Made by a program: the position numbers and the translations under genes. From contig JAWLBL010000019.1 of assembly GCA_041687695.1 (NCBI GenBank), positions 64,001-128,000 on the forward strand: DNA of 64,000 nt, read 5' to 3'. The notes beneath the pieces are model-generated. The model had not been told where the DNA came from. It saw only the letters and a program-made list of their open reading frames with translations, and ran no database searches. This DNA is from Myxococcota bacterium. GTDB lineage: Bacteria > Myxococcota_A > UBA9042 > PHBI01 > JAWLBL01. Every line of letters starts with the position of its first letter. The first letter of the stretch is position 1. Positions 12,601-21,269 of the stretch are shown here, piece after piece.

Positions 12601-15228
12601 GCTCTCCCAGGCCGCCATGCGCCGCGGCGCGGGCGTCGAGTCGGAGAAGCGCTCGAGCAGCATGCGCGCGACGTCGACCCGCTCCGGCGCGGCGGCCAGC
12701 GCGCTCTCCAGGCTGCCGACCGCCCGGCGCGGATCCTCGAGGTGCGCCTCGTGCACGCGGGCGATCTCGACGTGGAGATCGGCCAGCAGGGCCGGGTCGC
12801 TGGTCTTGCCGGAAAAATCCACCAGCAGCGCGGCGTAGGCCTTCCAGTCCTCGCCCGGCGTGTACAGGCGCGCCAGCTCGTCCCAGGCGCGGCGCGCGAC
12901 ATAGATCCGCTGCAGGAAGTTGCGGGCCTGGGTGTTGAACGGGCTCAGCTCGCAGATCTCGGCGAAGATGCTCCGCGCGCGCTCGTCGTCGCCGAGGCGC
13001 CCGTAGAGGACCTCGCCCAGCTCCTGCAGCACCTCGACGCGCTGCTTGCGCGTCCCGGCGGCCTCGAGGCGCTCCTCGAGCACCTTGACGTAGCCGTCCC
13101 AGTCCTCGCGCTCGGCGTGCAGCTCCTTGAGCGCGGCCAGCGCCCGCTCGTGCGTCGGCTCGATGGCGAGCACCTGCCGCCACCAGGCGACGGCCTCGCC
13201 CTGGCGGAGCAGCTCGTCCGAGGCGAGGCGCGCCAGCTCGACCAGGACCTCGAGGCGCTCGGCACCCTCGAGGAGCTCCAGCTCGCGCTGGTAGGTGCGG
13301 TACAGCCGCTCGCCGTCATGGCGCCGGGCGTGGATGTCGCGCAGCCGCCGCACGACCTCCAGGTTGCCCGGGTCGAGCGCCAGGATGCGCTCGAGCGCGG
13401 GGATCGCCTCGGCGTCCGAGCGGACGTGGTCGATGAGCAGGGTCGCGATCTGTCCGAAGACCTCGAGCAGCTCTTCGGGCGAGTCGGTCGCCTCGACCCG
13501 CCGGCGCAGCAGCCCCAGCAGGTCCTTGTAGCGCTGGCGGTCCTCGTAGCGCGTCGCCAGGTGCTTGGCGGCGCGGGCCTCGGCGGGCGCGAGGCGCACG
13601 ATGCGCTCGTAGGTCGCCGTGACCATGTCCTCCATCGGGAGGCGATCCGGCGCCTGATAGACCTCGATGAGTTCGAAGAGCAGCGCGGTCTTGCGATCGA
13701 CCGCCGCCTCGGGGAGCCGCGCGAGCCAGCGCTCGAGGTGCTCGACCAGCGCATGCCAGCGCCCCGCGGCCGCGAGCCCGTCTCGCAGGGCGGCCAGCGC
13801 CTCCTCGTGGTCGGGATCCTCGGCCAGGACGCGCCGCCACGCGTCGATCATCGGGTCGACGCCCTCGAAGGTCGCCGCGAGGCGCGCCATCTCGGCCGAG
13901 ACCTCGATCCGCTCGGCCGCCAGCTCCGGCCCCTCGAGCACCTCGAGCAGCTGCGCCAGCGTCGCGTGCGCCCGGCGCGCGTCGCCCTGCGCCGCGTACC
14001 AGCCGCGATAGAAGGTCAGCGCCGCCAGGCTCCGCGCGTCGAGCACGCGGACGCGACGGTAGAGCCGCTCGGCCGCCTCGGCGTCGCCGGCCTGCTCGTC
14101 GAGCACCCGGGCGGCCGCTTCCAGGAGCGCCAGCCGGTCCTGGGGCGTCCTCGCCCCCGCCTCGGCCTCCTCGAGCCGGGCCACGGCCTGGGCCCACGCG
14201 CCGGCCTCGGCCTCGGCCTGGGCCGCCTCGAGCGCCGCCCTCGCGTCCACCGTCGCCTGGTCGGCCGGCACGATCAGCAGCCGCTGGGCCTCGTCGGGGC
14301 GGCCCAGATCCTCGCGCAGCAGCCTGACCAGCTTGCGGCGCAGCAGGACCCGCACGCCCCCGCGGCCGGCCTCGTCGGCGCGCTCGAGCCGCTCGCGCAG
14401 GAAGGCGGCCAGCTCCTCGAGCCGCCCCGCCCGCCGCAGCAAGGCCTCCAGCTCGGCCTCGGCGCGGCCCGCCGGCCCCGCCGCCAGCGCCTTGCGCAGC
14501 GCCTGCTCGGCGCCGGCCTCGTCGCCGGCCGCGCGCAGCTCCGCGGCGTAACGGGTCCAGGCCTCGGCGGCCTCGCGTCCCTCGTCGCCCGCGCTCCTGG
14601 CCGCGGCCTCGGCCGCCTGACGCGCCTCGACCCGCTCCCGCTCGAGCCGCTCGACCGTCTCCAGGCCCTCGCGGGCCCGGCGATCGTCGGGGCGCGCCGC
14701 GGTGATCGCCTCGAGCAGCTCGCGCGCCTCGGCGAACCGCTCCGCCTCGAGCCGGCGGGCCGCCAGCTGGTGCAGCGCCGCCACACGGCCGTCGCCGTCG
14801 TCGGTCGCGGCGCGCGCCTGGAGCAGGAACTCGGGGGCCCGCGCGGCCTCCGGGCGGCCGAGCTGCGCCCAGACCCGGTCGACCACGCGCGCATCGGGCA
14901 CCACCGCCCACGCCGCCGCCAGCAGGCGCGCCGCCGCCTCGGGGTCGTCGAGCGGGCCGGCCTGGAGATCCGCCGCGCGCAGCAGCAGCTCGACCCGCTC
15001 GCGGGGCGCCTCGGTCACGCCGGCCGCCGCCTCGGCGAACCGGGCCACGCGCGCGAGCAGCTCGCGTCCGGTCGCGGCGTCGGCCGCCCCTGCGAGCCCC
15101 TCGAAAGTGGCGCGCAGCGCGGCGAAGTCGCGGGTCTCGAGACACTCGCCTTCGAGGCGGCCGAGCGCGTCAGCGTCGGTCGGGTCTTGGGCCAGCTGGG
15201 TGCGTAGTTCTTCGAGTGCGGAGGCCAC
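3661..15228 (-). CDS. Giant TPR-repeat protein (3855 aa), AgmK-like
   Basis: Continuous ORF of helical repeats (A..YE.IL..DP.D.EAL.ALE.LY...RW..L); size and repeat style resemble myxobacterial AgmK-type proteins. Confidence 0.8.
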   Translation of the reverse strand: MASALEELRTQLAQDPTDADALGRLEGECLETRDFAALRATFEGLAGAADAATGRELLARVARFAEAAAGVTEAPRERVELLLRAADLQAGPLDDPEAAARLLAAAWAVVPDARVVDRVWAQLGRPEAARAPEFLLQARAATDDGDGRVAALHQLAARRLEAERFAEARELLEAITAARPDDRRAREGLETVERLERERVEARQAAEAAARSAGDEGREAAEAWTRYAAELRAAGDEAGAEQALRKALAAGPAGRAEAELEALLRRAGRLEELAAFLRERLERADEAGRGGVRVLLRRKLVRLLREDLGRPDEAQRLLIVPADQATVDARAALEAAQAEAEAGAWAQAVARLEEAEAGARTPQDRLALLEAAARVLDEQAGDAEAAERLYRRVRVLDARSLAALTFYRGWYAAQGDARRAHATLAQLLEVLEGPELAAERIEVSAEMARLAATFEGVDPMIDAWRRVLAEDPDHEEALAALRDGLAAAGRWHALVEHLERWLARLPEAAVDRKTALLFELIEVYQAPDRLPMEDMVTATYERIVRLAPAEARAAKHLATRYEDRQRYKDLLGLLRRRVEATDSPEELLEVFGQIATLLIDHVRSDAEAIPALERILALDPGNLEVVRRLRDIHARRHDGERLYRTYQRELELLEGAERLEVLVELARLASDELLRQGEAVAWWRQVLAIEPTHERALAALKELHAEREDWDGYVKVLEERLEAAGTRKQRVEVLQELGEVLYGRLGDDERARSIFAEICELSPFNTQARNFLQRIYVARRAWDELARLYTPGEDWKAYAALLVDFSGKTSDPALLADLHVEIARVHEAHLEDPRRAVGSLESALAAAPERVDVARMLLERFSDSTPAPRRMAAWESVARHAEETRERGEAWARLAELRQGAGDAAGAFAAWTEALLCGAEAGELAHLSAVEEAAAKADALPEVASVLSDALGRLPREAVEARIRGHRALGHLARHRLLDPERAIPHFKWVLQLAPGDADALASLEEIHLSRNDFEGLEEVLRARAETAADAAVRLAALQRLGRLYEDVLADAERAAATYQRILAERPEDAEALAALRSVLGSVDAHAELAEALEELLGRLSASPEAHPLRLELAGLYAGPLDDAAAALEHLRIALAAAEAEGGERYAEVVEALVALLRSARDAQPVIGALEPALRRLGDLERLGELLETKLQVATTLDDRLAILGELALLAQEVRGDDLEAFTWHTARFRLVPDDRDTWSELAALAERTAAVDGLVALWAEALAPPEGDDAACVDAPEDRKALRLAMAALLTRTGAHEEEIAAVYEGILAESERAADHPDVLEALEGLYEAAGAHEALVPVLLAAGEAALSGVHRRDKVLQAAVLLEDALGRDDEALAQYCRLLDEDPADAQVGARAEALVRRLERWEELGALLLQRVEALPAGEARDREALTLARLELDVLGRAEAAQERLTDLVGSAAVGAEARVDLLGIARSDDTTSERRLRILKALDAWFEAEGRIEADPEAYAEVLLVHAIEAKPGPARARVLRQAASLLAPAEGAELPAGERPRRAFALFARALGEHPGDRSALDGLDALAGPLDNWPSYVQIMSVCADKADVPAVAHTLWQREATAAEERLGDLPRAIAAWERLVQSAKDGSGDAVRAIEALDRLYDVTEQHAERIRILRMRRAAVRKPTVRLPLLAEEARLQHRIRKTDEAMVALRAILAETQSATKSDLLDIRKDAVRHAAELMAEAGRYDELRQFLVETADDLRAKDPAAALELRFEAARVVEEHLDDPEGALALFEHVHRQAPRHEGALDALDRLYQSAGRWADKVALITERLELLAEGERVEEQTRWLFTLGQICDNRLGRHAEALAAYQRILTLTPGFVPALAALRMRLTSDSDEAQRALPLLVAGYEAIGQSEQVVALLTQVLGSGAPRLDVAAIHGELARLLLARGAAEQGWTHASRAYLAGPSGEAGEARRALMLEAAAAAAVEEGLASVLLRASLGITDAAERRARREADVALLRDRGVGEAELLPFWKALLADDPSHGEALDRLEQAARERGDVDDLIAVLRAREATEVDADAQRGAREELVALLLSSAGRRPEAVPFLEAMLAQEPDSHAVFEQLEGLYRELDRHADLADLLERRIDVAAPDEQREVRKQLALTWWQGLRDVDRAIALYARVLKDHPDDAEAAEALEAMWGEGVEREPLLGILEPLYEARADWDRLVALYNSTLEQEGEAELQTICLAKMARIELHQLARPEAAYGTFKILVSGAEPMEPWLDEIEALAEQLGVWDDLVGFYEEQVAAGRGEPAFVHRVASLHETRRGDVDRALRFHRLVLAREPHFEAARDDMTRLLTGAGRWEELSLHLHHAAETHLALADKVAAYRAEADVLRRRLGRPDDAVRVLERIVELDPDNTEARVEVGAILEATGQQDRLIEHYRRWLERAPDDRMARDVQARLGRALSLKPETVGAGLHELEQVLRAAPDHVEALEAMASVVELAETQAKGATGRELEHWRAASTFVARVLGELLGEDGTPQQRAALLRARLPGTPDGKERAEVLRQLAALYEEAGQAREAFKYGALGLVEHPADEPLATRIAALAEANGLLEGLATLWDRCATAAASQPDIVGRYALRLAELLDGRLERGAEAVRWFEKVLEAQPTHERALAALSRHYRDSGAKADEARVLERYAALAAVPEETLARRVRLATLQMDHLAQEQAALATLEACLPEGSADPELRRRLERLYGARQDFASLVALYDAALAREVPDPARIELLAKKAQLCEVRLRDLDAAQAACQAILAIDGTHKFGLTSLERIERARGDWEAVDAVLARRGQAAEDDAERLRVLIERAQVAMSRRERPEAAVPLLEEAATLAGEASLPDGLLKAWEALCDHDSTRLTAAAWLEPRYRALARWDGLVAVLDLRRASASPDERALLAMEMAELAEARLGDPEAALHVLADELSSQPGSAVLRETLTDVALRTGRWQELVAVVEDLIGRQQAAGVTVTLTRWLATLQLSGLDDAAAAARSYEQILALDADDAEAREALEGLYRQLKQWDKLFALAQATLESVPAAERPARLLEMARVVAEQDGPRAAVPLLRDVLALDPTHAEARAWLVGLLSDGEAAAAAAEVLEPVLREAGDFAGLANVLELRARGVGDAEARAATWAEVGDLFDERLDDELRAFEAYGHALEARPQTGDVLRRLGRIAHKHNLWGRMCALLERVIPASDDLEARRDLLLHLAQLQEIKLSKPDRAVDALQEVLALEDHHRGALMGLRRLYLQLGQLPELMEVTARCDELALDAGERQRFWHDVLRVAEARQDRAAMTQACEAGLEADPYDQLLGVRLVGLYETAGRYAELEKLLATQAEGAVDPKRVASIRLSLGRIREQHLKDLDGALSAYEEAWALDPTLTDTAERLEAHYRERDDWPRLFALLASRGERSRDKRQAVGLLVEAASLAETRLEDVGEAIRLYEAALERDPKNERAMDELLRIYHRHQRHEPLARLYERKADITGAVADKRTLKVLAAEIHAQRLGDVDRAETLLAEIEAADPKHPKALAVRAHIEASRGRGFEAAALLEGLLKQSKGTQRFETLMSLGRLYLERLTRPNDALRVLLEAQQVNPAHPDLKPLLRQVFEVTGSWSDLRDVLAAEYEAAATPLDKCERALALARLSREHLQDDAGFLAWVDKAGAARRDSPEVAEALIGYYTEREMWAEVAPRLEWLVSYLEGKKIVEELPRRAHELGRLLERLGQTAKALDYYKMALQADGMYVPNLVDYGRLLVEHKQWERALRVHQNLLMQSQKLEGEAARSQVLFNLAMASRELGEVTKAKQYLNRLLKQSPDHAEAKAMLARL

Positions 15229-15411
15229 GTGTGTCCTTGCCCGTCGCCGAAAACGTGACCGGGGGGCCCTCGGCCCGGGCGGCCGGACCCGTTATAGTCC
15301 AGGGTCACCGGGGCGGACAACCGCGCCGCCGGTCCCGCGGCCCCCGGCTCGGCAACCCGCGCCCCGCCAGCCCTTGCCAAGCCGCCCCTCACCAGCCCCT
15401 GGCAGCCCTCG

Positions 15412-16347
15412 ATGAACATCCCCGGCGACATCCTGCCCATCGTGTACGTCGACGGCGCCTTCGTCCCGGCCGGCGAGGCGCGGGTCAGCGCCTTCGACCG
15501 CGGCTTGCTGCTCGCCGACGGGCTCTTCGAGACCCTCCACGTCGTCGAGGGCGTCCCGCTCGAGCTTCAGCCCCACCTGGAGCGGCTCGAGGGTTCGGCC
15601 CGCTTCATGCGATTGAGGGTCCCGTTCGATCGCGCCGGCTTTCGTGTTCTGGCGGCCGAGCTGCTCCGGCGCAACGGCGTCGGTCCCGACCCCGACGATC
15701 CCGGCCTGCGTGAGCTGGCCTTGCGCGTGACCTTGACCCGCGGGACGACGCCGACGGGGCCGCCCACGCTCACCATGTTCCTCAGGCGCCTGACCGAGGG
15801 GCACCGGCGCAAGCGCTCGGAAGGGGTGCTCGCCCAACGGCTGCCATTCGTCCGCCACGCGACGGACGCGCTGGCGCAGCACAAGACGCTGGCCTACCTC
15901 GCCAGCGCGCTGGGCCAGATCGTCCTGCGCGAACGCACGGACGACCCGCGCGTCGAGGGGCTCTTCGTGACCGATCGCGGCGAGGTGCTCGAGGGCGCCG
16001 GCTCGAACGTCTTCGCGGTCGAAGGGCGCCGCCTGGTGACCCCGCCGGTCGACCTGGGGCTGCTGCCGGGCACGTCGCGGCGCGCCGTCCTGGCCCTGGC
16101 GGCCACCCTCGATCTGACCGCCCACGAGGAGCCGCTGCCCCTCGCCCGCGTGCGCGCCGCCGACGAGGTGTTCATCACGTCCAGCACGCTGCCCGTCGCG
16201 CCGGTGGTCGCGCTCGACGACGCGCCCGTCGGAGGCGGGCGGCCCGGGCCGGTCACGCGCGCGCTGCAGGCGGCCTTCGCGGCCCGTGTCCAGGCCGAGA
16301 TCGCGGCCTGGCGCGCCGATCCGCCCGAGGCCAGCGCGGGCGGCTAG
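15412..16347 (+). CDS. PLP-dependent aminotransferase class IV (IlvE/PabC/Dat family)
   Basis: VSAFDRGLLLADGLFET, HLERL, HKTLAY (PLP Lys), EGAGSNVF, LLPGTSR, ADEVFITSS, GRPGPVT. Confidence 0.9.
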   Translation: MNIPGDILPIVYVDGAFVPAGEARVSAFDRGLLLADGLFETLHVVEGVPLELQPHLERLEGSARFMRLRVPFDRAGFRVLAAELLRRNGVGPDPDDPGLRELALRVTLTRGTTPTGPPTLTMFLRRLTEGHRRKRSEGVLAQRLPFVRHATDALAQHKTLAYLASALGQIVLRERTDDPRVEGLFVTDRGEVLEGAGSNVFAVEGRRLVTPPVDLGLLPGTSRRAVLALAATLDLTAHEEPLPLARVRAADEVFITSSTLPVAPVVALDDAPVGGGRPGPVTRALQAAFAARVQAEIAAWRADPPEASAGG

Positions 16348-17033
16348 GCGCCGTGGCGCTCGCGGAAGCGCCGCTCCTGCTGGCGCATGGTCTTCCAGAT
16401 GAGCTCGGTCAGCTCGTCCTTGTCGACCTTGGGCTCGCCCGCCGGCTGGGCGGGCCCGGCGGCCGCCGGCGCGGGCGCGGTCATCCGCTCGACCTCGGGC
16501 GCGGGCTCCTCGCGGGCCTCGCGCGCGAACTCGCGCTCGACCTCCTGCGCGAAGCGCTCGCGGTCGCTGGTCGCGCCGCCCGAGCGCGCCGACAGGGCGA
16601 AGCCCGTCGCCGCGTCCCGCGTATGGGCGACCTCGTGGGCGAGCAGGGCGGCGCCGCCCGGCGAGTTCGGATCGTACTCGCGTTCGTCGACGAAGATGTC
16701 CTGGTCGCCGATGGCGAAGGCGCGCGCGTCCATGGCGCGGGCCGCGGCGGTCGCCATCGCGCCGCGGTGGACGCGCACGTTCGACACGTCACCCAGCAGC
16801 GGCGTCAGGCGCTGGGCGATGCGCGGGTCGAGCGAGCTGGGCAGGCTGTCGGACAGCAGGCGCTTGCCGTGTCCGAGGTAGCGCTCGAGGATGCGATCCT
16901 GCAGCCCCGGCTCCTCGACGCGCGCGGCCAGCTGCTCGAAGGCCGCGACCTGCTCGCGGTCTTCGGGGCGCTCGTCCTCCGCGAGCTGCTCCAAGCCTTC
17001 GTCGATGAGCTCTCTGTCGTCCTGGCCGGCCAT
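16344..17033 (-). CDS. DUF4157 (eCIS-core-type) domain protein
   Basis: DVSNVRVH...AARAMDARAFAIGDQDIF...ALLAHEVAH (HExxH) signature. Confidence 0.75.
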   Translation of the reverse strand: MAGQDDRELIDEGLEQLAEDERPEDREQVAAFEQLAARVEEPGLQDRILERYLGHGKRLLSDSLPSSLDPRIAQRLTPLLGDVSNVRVHRGAMATAAARAMDARAFAIGDQDIFVDEREYDPNSPGGAALLAHEVAHTRDAATGFALSARSGGATSDRERFAQEVEREFAREAREEPAPEVERMTAPAPAAAGPAQPAGEPKVDKDELTELIWKTMRQQERRFRERHGA

Positions 17034-17167
17034 GCTCGTCTCCGCAAATCGGTCGGCGCGCCCTGGGCGAACCAGGCGGCGCGCGCTGGCAGATCACCCC
17101 CAGCGAACCCGAGACGGTGCCAGCATAGCGGGCCCGCCGTCGGATGCAAAGCCCCCATCCGCGCCGC

Positions 17168-18379
17168 TCAGGGGACGACCTCGAAGACCACGCCGTCCAC
17201 CGTGAGGCCGCCGGCCGCCCCCGCGACCGTGTGCGTGCTGCGCCGGCCCTGCTCGACGCTCACGTCGGGCGACAGGGGGTCGTCGCCGGGGATCTCGGTG
17301 GTCTGTCGGAAGTCGATGTGCAGCCGGCCGTCCTCGTGGAGCATGTAGCGGCCCGTGCGCTTGACGCGCTTGCCGGCGTCCTCGACCCGCTCCCAGGTGA
17401 AAAAGCCCGTCCCCTTGAGCTGCAGCTCCTCGATGGCGCCCTCGACGCGCGCCCGCAGCCGCGGACCCACGAAGGCCTGCAGGCTCGGCGCGCCCCCCTC
17501 ACCGGGTCCGGCGGCCTCGGCCGACGCGGGCGCCAGGACGGCCACGACGGGGCGGTCGCCTTCGAGCTGGGCGTGCTCGCGGCTGCTGGCCGCCCCGAGG
17601 GCCTCGCGCGCCTGCTCGGCCAGGGCTCGGGCCCCCTCGACGTCGGCCCGGTACAAGACGACCGTGCCTTCGACCGCGTCCGGCCACACCGTGCCGAGGG
17701 TCGCGGGAATCCGGGCCTCGCGCAGCGCCGCGATGCGCGCCAGGGCGGCGTTGCGGTCGACCCCAGCCGAGGCCCACGAGACCGTGACGGGCAGATAGCC
17801 GGTGAGGCGGCGGAAGGCGTCGCTGCCGGCCAGGCCGTCGAAGTCCGGGTCCAGGCGCGCGGCGGACAGCCGGGCGACGCTCGCCTCGGTCTCGAGGCTG
17901 GCCAGATCCGACAGGCGCGCGATGGCGCCCTCGGCGTCGCCGAGCAGGGCGAGCGCGCCGGCGAGGCCGTAGTTGGCCTCGGGCGAGCCGGGCCACGCGG
18001 CCAGGGCCCGCTCGTACTCGGCCACCGACGCGCGGACGTCGAGCTTGCGGTGGAGCCTGCGGGCGGCCGCGGTGGCGACGGTGGCCGCCTCGGCGGCCTC
18101 GGGCGAGGGCGCCTCGCGGAGCCGCGCCAGGCGCGCCTCTTCGGGCGACACGGAGGTGGCGTCGCCGACGTCGAGTCCAGCCGCGACCGACGTGTCCGCT
18201 TCGGCCGAGGCGTCGGGCGCGTCGAGCGGACCGGCGTGGAGGGGGCCGTCGGTCGGGCCGACCACGGGAGAGGCCGGCGGGCGGCGCTGCGGCTCGCTGT
18301 CGGGCTTACAGCCGGCGAGCGCCATCAGGGCCGCGGCGGCGAGGGCGAGGAGGCGGGTGGGCGGGGCCGTCGATTTCAT
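17168..18379 (-). CDS. Lipoprotein with TPR-like segment
   Basis: ATG at 18379 gives a signal peptide with lipobox LMALAG-C; YERALAAWPGSPEANYGLAGALA TPR followed by ARLDPDFDGL. Confidence 0.65.
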   Translation of the reverse strand: MKSTAPPTRLLALAAAALMALAGCKPDSEPQRRPPASPVVGPTDGPLHAGPLDAPDASAEADTSVAAGLDVGDATSVSPEEARLARLREAPSPEAAEAATVATAAARRLHRKLDVRASVAEYERALAAWPGSPEANYGLAGALALLGDAEGAIARLSDLASLETEASVARLSAARLDPDFDGLAGSDAFRRLTGYLPVTVSWASAGVDRNAALARIAALREARIPATLGTVWPDAVEGTVVLYRADVEGARALAEQAREALGAASSREHAQLEGDRPVVAVLAPASAEAAGPGEGGAPSLQAFVGPRLRARVEGAIEELQLKGTGFFTWERVEDAGKRVKRTGRYMLHEDGRLHIDFRQTTEIPGDDPLSPDVSVEQGRRSTHTVAGAAGGLTVDGVVFEVVP

Positions 18380-18698
18380 GGCGCCCTGTATAGTGGTGGG
18401 AGTGCCGCCCCGTCCACCCGGGGGCGCTGCGCAACGGGGCGGTCGCGCAGGTGGGAATGGATCGTCCGAGCCGCGCGCTTGTGCCCCGGTCGCGGACCCG
18501 CTCGGACCAGGGGGCGCGCGTCGCCCGACCCGCGTGAGAGCGCATGGAGCGCCAGCGTCGAGCCTGCCGCGCCTCCTCGGCGGCGGGAAGGCGGCGCCGC
18601 CGGCAAGATTGACACGATGGGCCCGCTCCTCTACTGATAGCGGCCGACGGAGTCCAATGATGGGGAACCCATCCGCTGTGAAAGGACGACACCACCTC

Positions 18699-19637
18699 AT
18701 GACGCCCAGCATGCCCTCGAGGCGCGGCGGTCGCGCGGTCCGCGCGATGGCGTTCACGCTGGTGGCCGTGACCTCGCTGGCGTTCGGCGCCACCGGCGCG
18801 CGCGCGGCCGATACGCCCCAGGATCAGTTCCAGCTCGGCAACGAGTACTTCAACGCCAAGCTGTACGACAACGCGGTCGAGGCCTACGAGAAGGCCGTCG
18901 AGCTCAAGCCCGACTACAAGGAAGCCTGGTACAACCTGGGCATCGCGTACGCCAAGCAGCGCAAGTACAAGCGCGAGATCACGGCGTATCGCAAGGCCAT
19001 CGAGGTCGACCCGCGCTACGCCAAGGCGCTGTACAACCTGGCGGTGGCCTACGAGGACCTCGGCCAGTTCGAGGACGCGCTCGACACCTACAAGCGCGTC
19101 GTCGAGGTCAGCCCCGAGGCGGCCGACGCCCTCGTGAACATGGGCATCCTGCAGGCGCGCACCGGGGATCTCGACGCCGCCATCGCCTCCTACAAGAAGG
19201 CGCTCGACAAGGACGCCGAGATGGCGGACGCCTGGTTCAACATGGGCATCGCGTACGCCCGCCTCGGTGACAAGGCCGAGGACGAGCAGGAGCGGACCCG
19301 TCTGCTCGAGCTCGAGCAGCAGGCGTACGGCAGCGCCGTGAAGGCCGACGCGCGCTACTACAAGGGCTGGTACAACCTCGCCATCGCCTACAACAAGATG
19401 GGCAGAATCGACGAAGAGATCGGCGCCTACGAGAAGGCGCTCGAGGCGCGTCCGAACTATCCGCAGGCCTTGTACAACCTCGCGTACGCCTACGAGGATC
19501 GCAAGGACACCGCCAAGGCCATCGACGCCTGGCAGCGCTACGTCTCGGCGGCCGAGAAGCTGCCGACCGAGCAGCAGTACGTGGCCACGGCGCGCGAGGA
19601 ACTCAAGCGCCTCATCGAAGGGCGCGTCGCAAATTAA
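18699..19637 (+). CDS. Secreted TPR-repeat protein
   Basis: AAAGGA RBS before ATG 18699; signal peptide ending ARA-A; several canonical TPRs (AWYNLGIAY, ALYNLAVAY). Confidence 0.85.
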   Translation: MTPSMPSRRGGRAVRAMAFTLVAVTSLAFGATGARAADTPQDQFQLGNEYFNAKLYDNAVEAYEKAVELKPDYKEAWYNLGIAYAKQRKYKREITAYRKAIEVDPRYAKALYNLAVAYEDLGQFEDALDTYKRVVEVSPEAADALVNMGILQARTGDLDAAIASYKKALDKDAEMADAWFNMGIAYARLGDKAEDEQERTRLLELEQQAYGSAVKADARYYKGWYNLAIAYNKMGRIDEEIGAYEKALEARPNYPQALYNLAYAYEDRKDTAKAIDAWQRYVSAAEKLPTEQQYVATAREELKRLIEGRVAN

Positions 19638-19682
19638 GCACGCAGGGGTAGGGCGCGGCCGAACGCGCCGGATGGGGACGAC

Positions 19683-21062
19683 ATGAGCACGTCGAGGTGC
19701 TTCGCGCTCTGGCTCGCTGGGGCCGCGCTACTGGTGCCCTCCGTCGCCACGGCGGCCGACCGCTTCGTGCTCCTGGTCACGCAGGACCTCCCTCATCGCG
19801 ACTTCGTCCAGGCCGCCGCCCGAGAGGGCGCCGCGACCGGGGACGTGCCCGAGGCCGCCATCGTCCTGCAGAAGCTGACCAGGGCCTACCCGGCCCTGCT
19901 CGAGGGGCCGGCGCCCCGCGATCTGGCGTCGGTGATCGAGGACTTCCGGGCGGCCTCCGAGGCCCACTACGCCACCCAGCTCGACCAGGCCGAGAAGCAC
20001 TTCGCGCGCGGCTTCGGCCTTCTGTACCAGCGCCCCGACATCCTCGGGACGCAGGCCGAGGCGCTCGAGGCGATCGCCGACGCGGCCGCGCTGCGCTTCC
20101 GCAACGCGGCGGCCTCGGGCCAGGAGGCCGAGGGCCGGCGCGAGCTCGAGGCGTTCATTCGGCGCTATCCGGACGCGCTCCCGCCTCGGGCCAACCACCC
20201 GCCCGCCCACTTCGAGCTGTGGGAGGTCATCCGTCGCGCGGTCATGGCGAACGAGGGGGCGCTGACGGTGCACGCGCTGCCGCTCGAGTGGGAGCGGGCC
20301 GGCGACTGCTCGGTGTTCGTCAACGGCGCCGTCCGCGGGACGCTCCCCCAGGCGGGGCGGCTGCGCCTGCCGGCCGGTCCGCACCTCGTGCAGGTGCGTT
20401 GCGGCGCGCGCGTCGGCTGGCTGCAGCGGGTCGAGGTCGGCGCTCGGCCGGTCACGATCACGGTCCCGGTCCGCGCCCAGCTCGCGGCGCAGGTCGATCC
20501 GGGCACCGGCGTCGTCACGCTGGTGCGCCCCTCCGAGGGCGACGCCGCGCAGCTGGTCGAGTCCATCAGCGCCAGCGCGGGGTTCCAGGGCGCCAACGTC
20601 GTGCGCACGGCGATCGGGCGCGCGCTCATCGGCACGTGGACCCCGGGCGCGGACAGCCCCAGCGACCGGCGCCAGGGTGAGCTCGTCTCGCAGGGCTCCG
20701 ACGCGCGGCCCTCGGGCATCGTGCGCGTCACCTCGGTGATGGCCAGCCACGACGCGTCGGCCCCGTCGCGCACCTGGACCTGGGTCAGCGGCGGCACCGG
20801 CCTCGCCCTGGTGGCGGGCGGCCTGGTCACCCAGCTGTACCGCGAGGGCACCATCGAGGATCGCGGCGGCGCGGCCAACCTGACCGAGAACGATCGCGCC
20901 GTGGCAAGCGACCTCGAGACGCTGTCGACGGGACTGTACGTGGGCGGCGGGCTGCTGGTCGGCGCCGCCATCGTCCTGTACTTCGTCGAGGGCGCCCAGC
21001 CCAGCCCGGACGCCGCGACGGTGCGTGGGCCGGGGCAGGTCGAGCTGACCTGGCGCTTCTGA
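19683..21062 (+). CDS. Hypothetical secreted/membrane protein with PEGA-like domain
   Basis: Signal peptide; CSVFVNG...LPAGPHLVQV PEGA-like segment; two C-terminal hydrophobic helices; ends in WRF. Confidence 0.55.
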   Translation: MSTSRCFALWLAGAALLVPSVATAADRFVLLVTQDLPHRDFVQAAAREGAATGDVPEAAIVLQKLTRAYPALLEGPAPRDLASVIEDFRAASEAHYATQLDQAEKHFARGFGLLYQRPDILGTQAEALEAIADAAALRFRNAAASGQEAEGRRELEAFIRRYPDALPPRANHPPAHFELWEVIRRAVMANEGALTVHALPLEWERAGDCSVFVNGAVRGTLPQAGRLRLPAGPHLVQVRCGARVGWLQRVEVGARPVTITVPVRAQLAAQVDPGTGVVTLVRPSEGDAAQLVESISASAGFQGANVVRTAIGRALIGTWTPGADSPSDRRQGELVSQGSDARPSGIVRVTSVMASHDASAPSRTWTWVSGGTGLALVAGGLVTQLYREGTIEDRGGAANLTENDRAVASDLETLSTGLYVGGGLLVGAAIVLYFVEGAQPSPDAATVRGPGQVELTWRF

Positions 21063-21269
21063 GCGACGCGGGGCTCGGCGGCGGCGCGTCTCATGCGAAG
21101 GGCGGCGCCAAGCGCTTGCCGCTGAGGCCGCAGTTTGTCTAACATGCGCCGCGAGCGACGCGCGCACGTGATCTGACCTGAACACGAGCCACGCGCGCTC
21201 TATTCTCACGAACTCACCCAACCCCCATACCCAACGTTCGGCGGGCCGACCCGGCCCAGGAGGTGTCCT

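Noticed and set aside
5428..15207. 3259-aa plus-strand ORF and other long shadow ORFs (23761-29385, 35242-38235, 39005-42112, 40071-43661)
   Set aside because: They are antisense or alternate-frame shadows of real GC3-biased genes, with low-information composition and no recognisable motifs.
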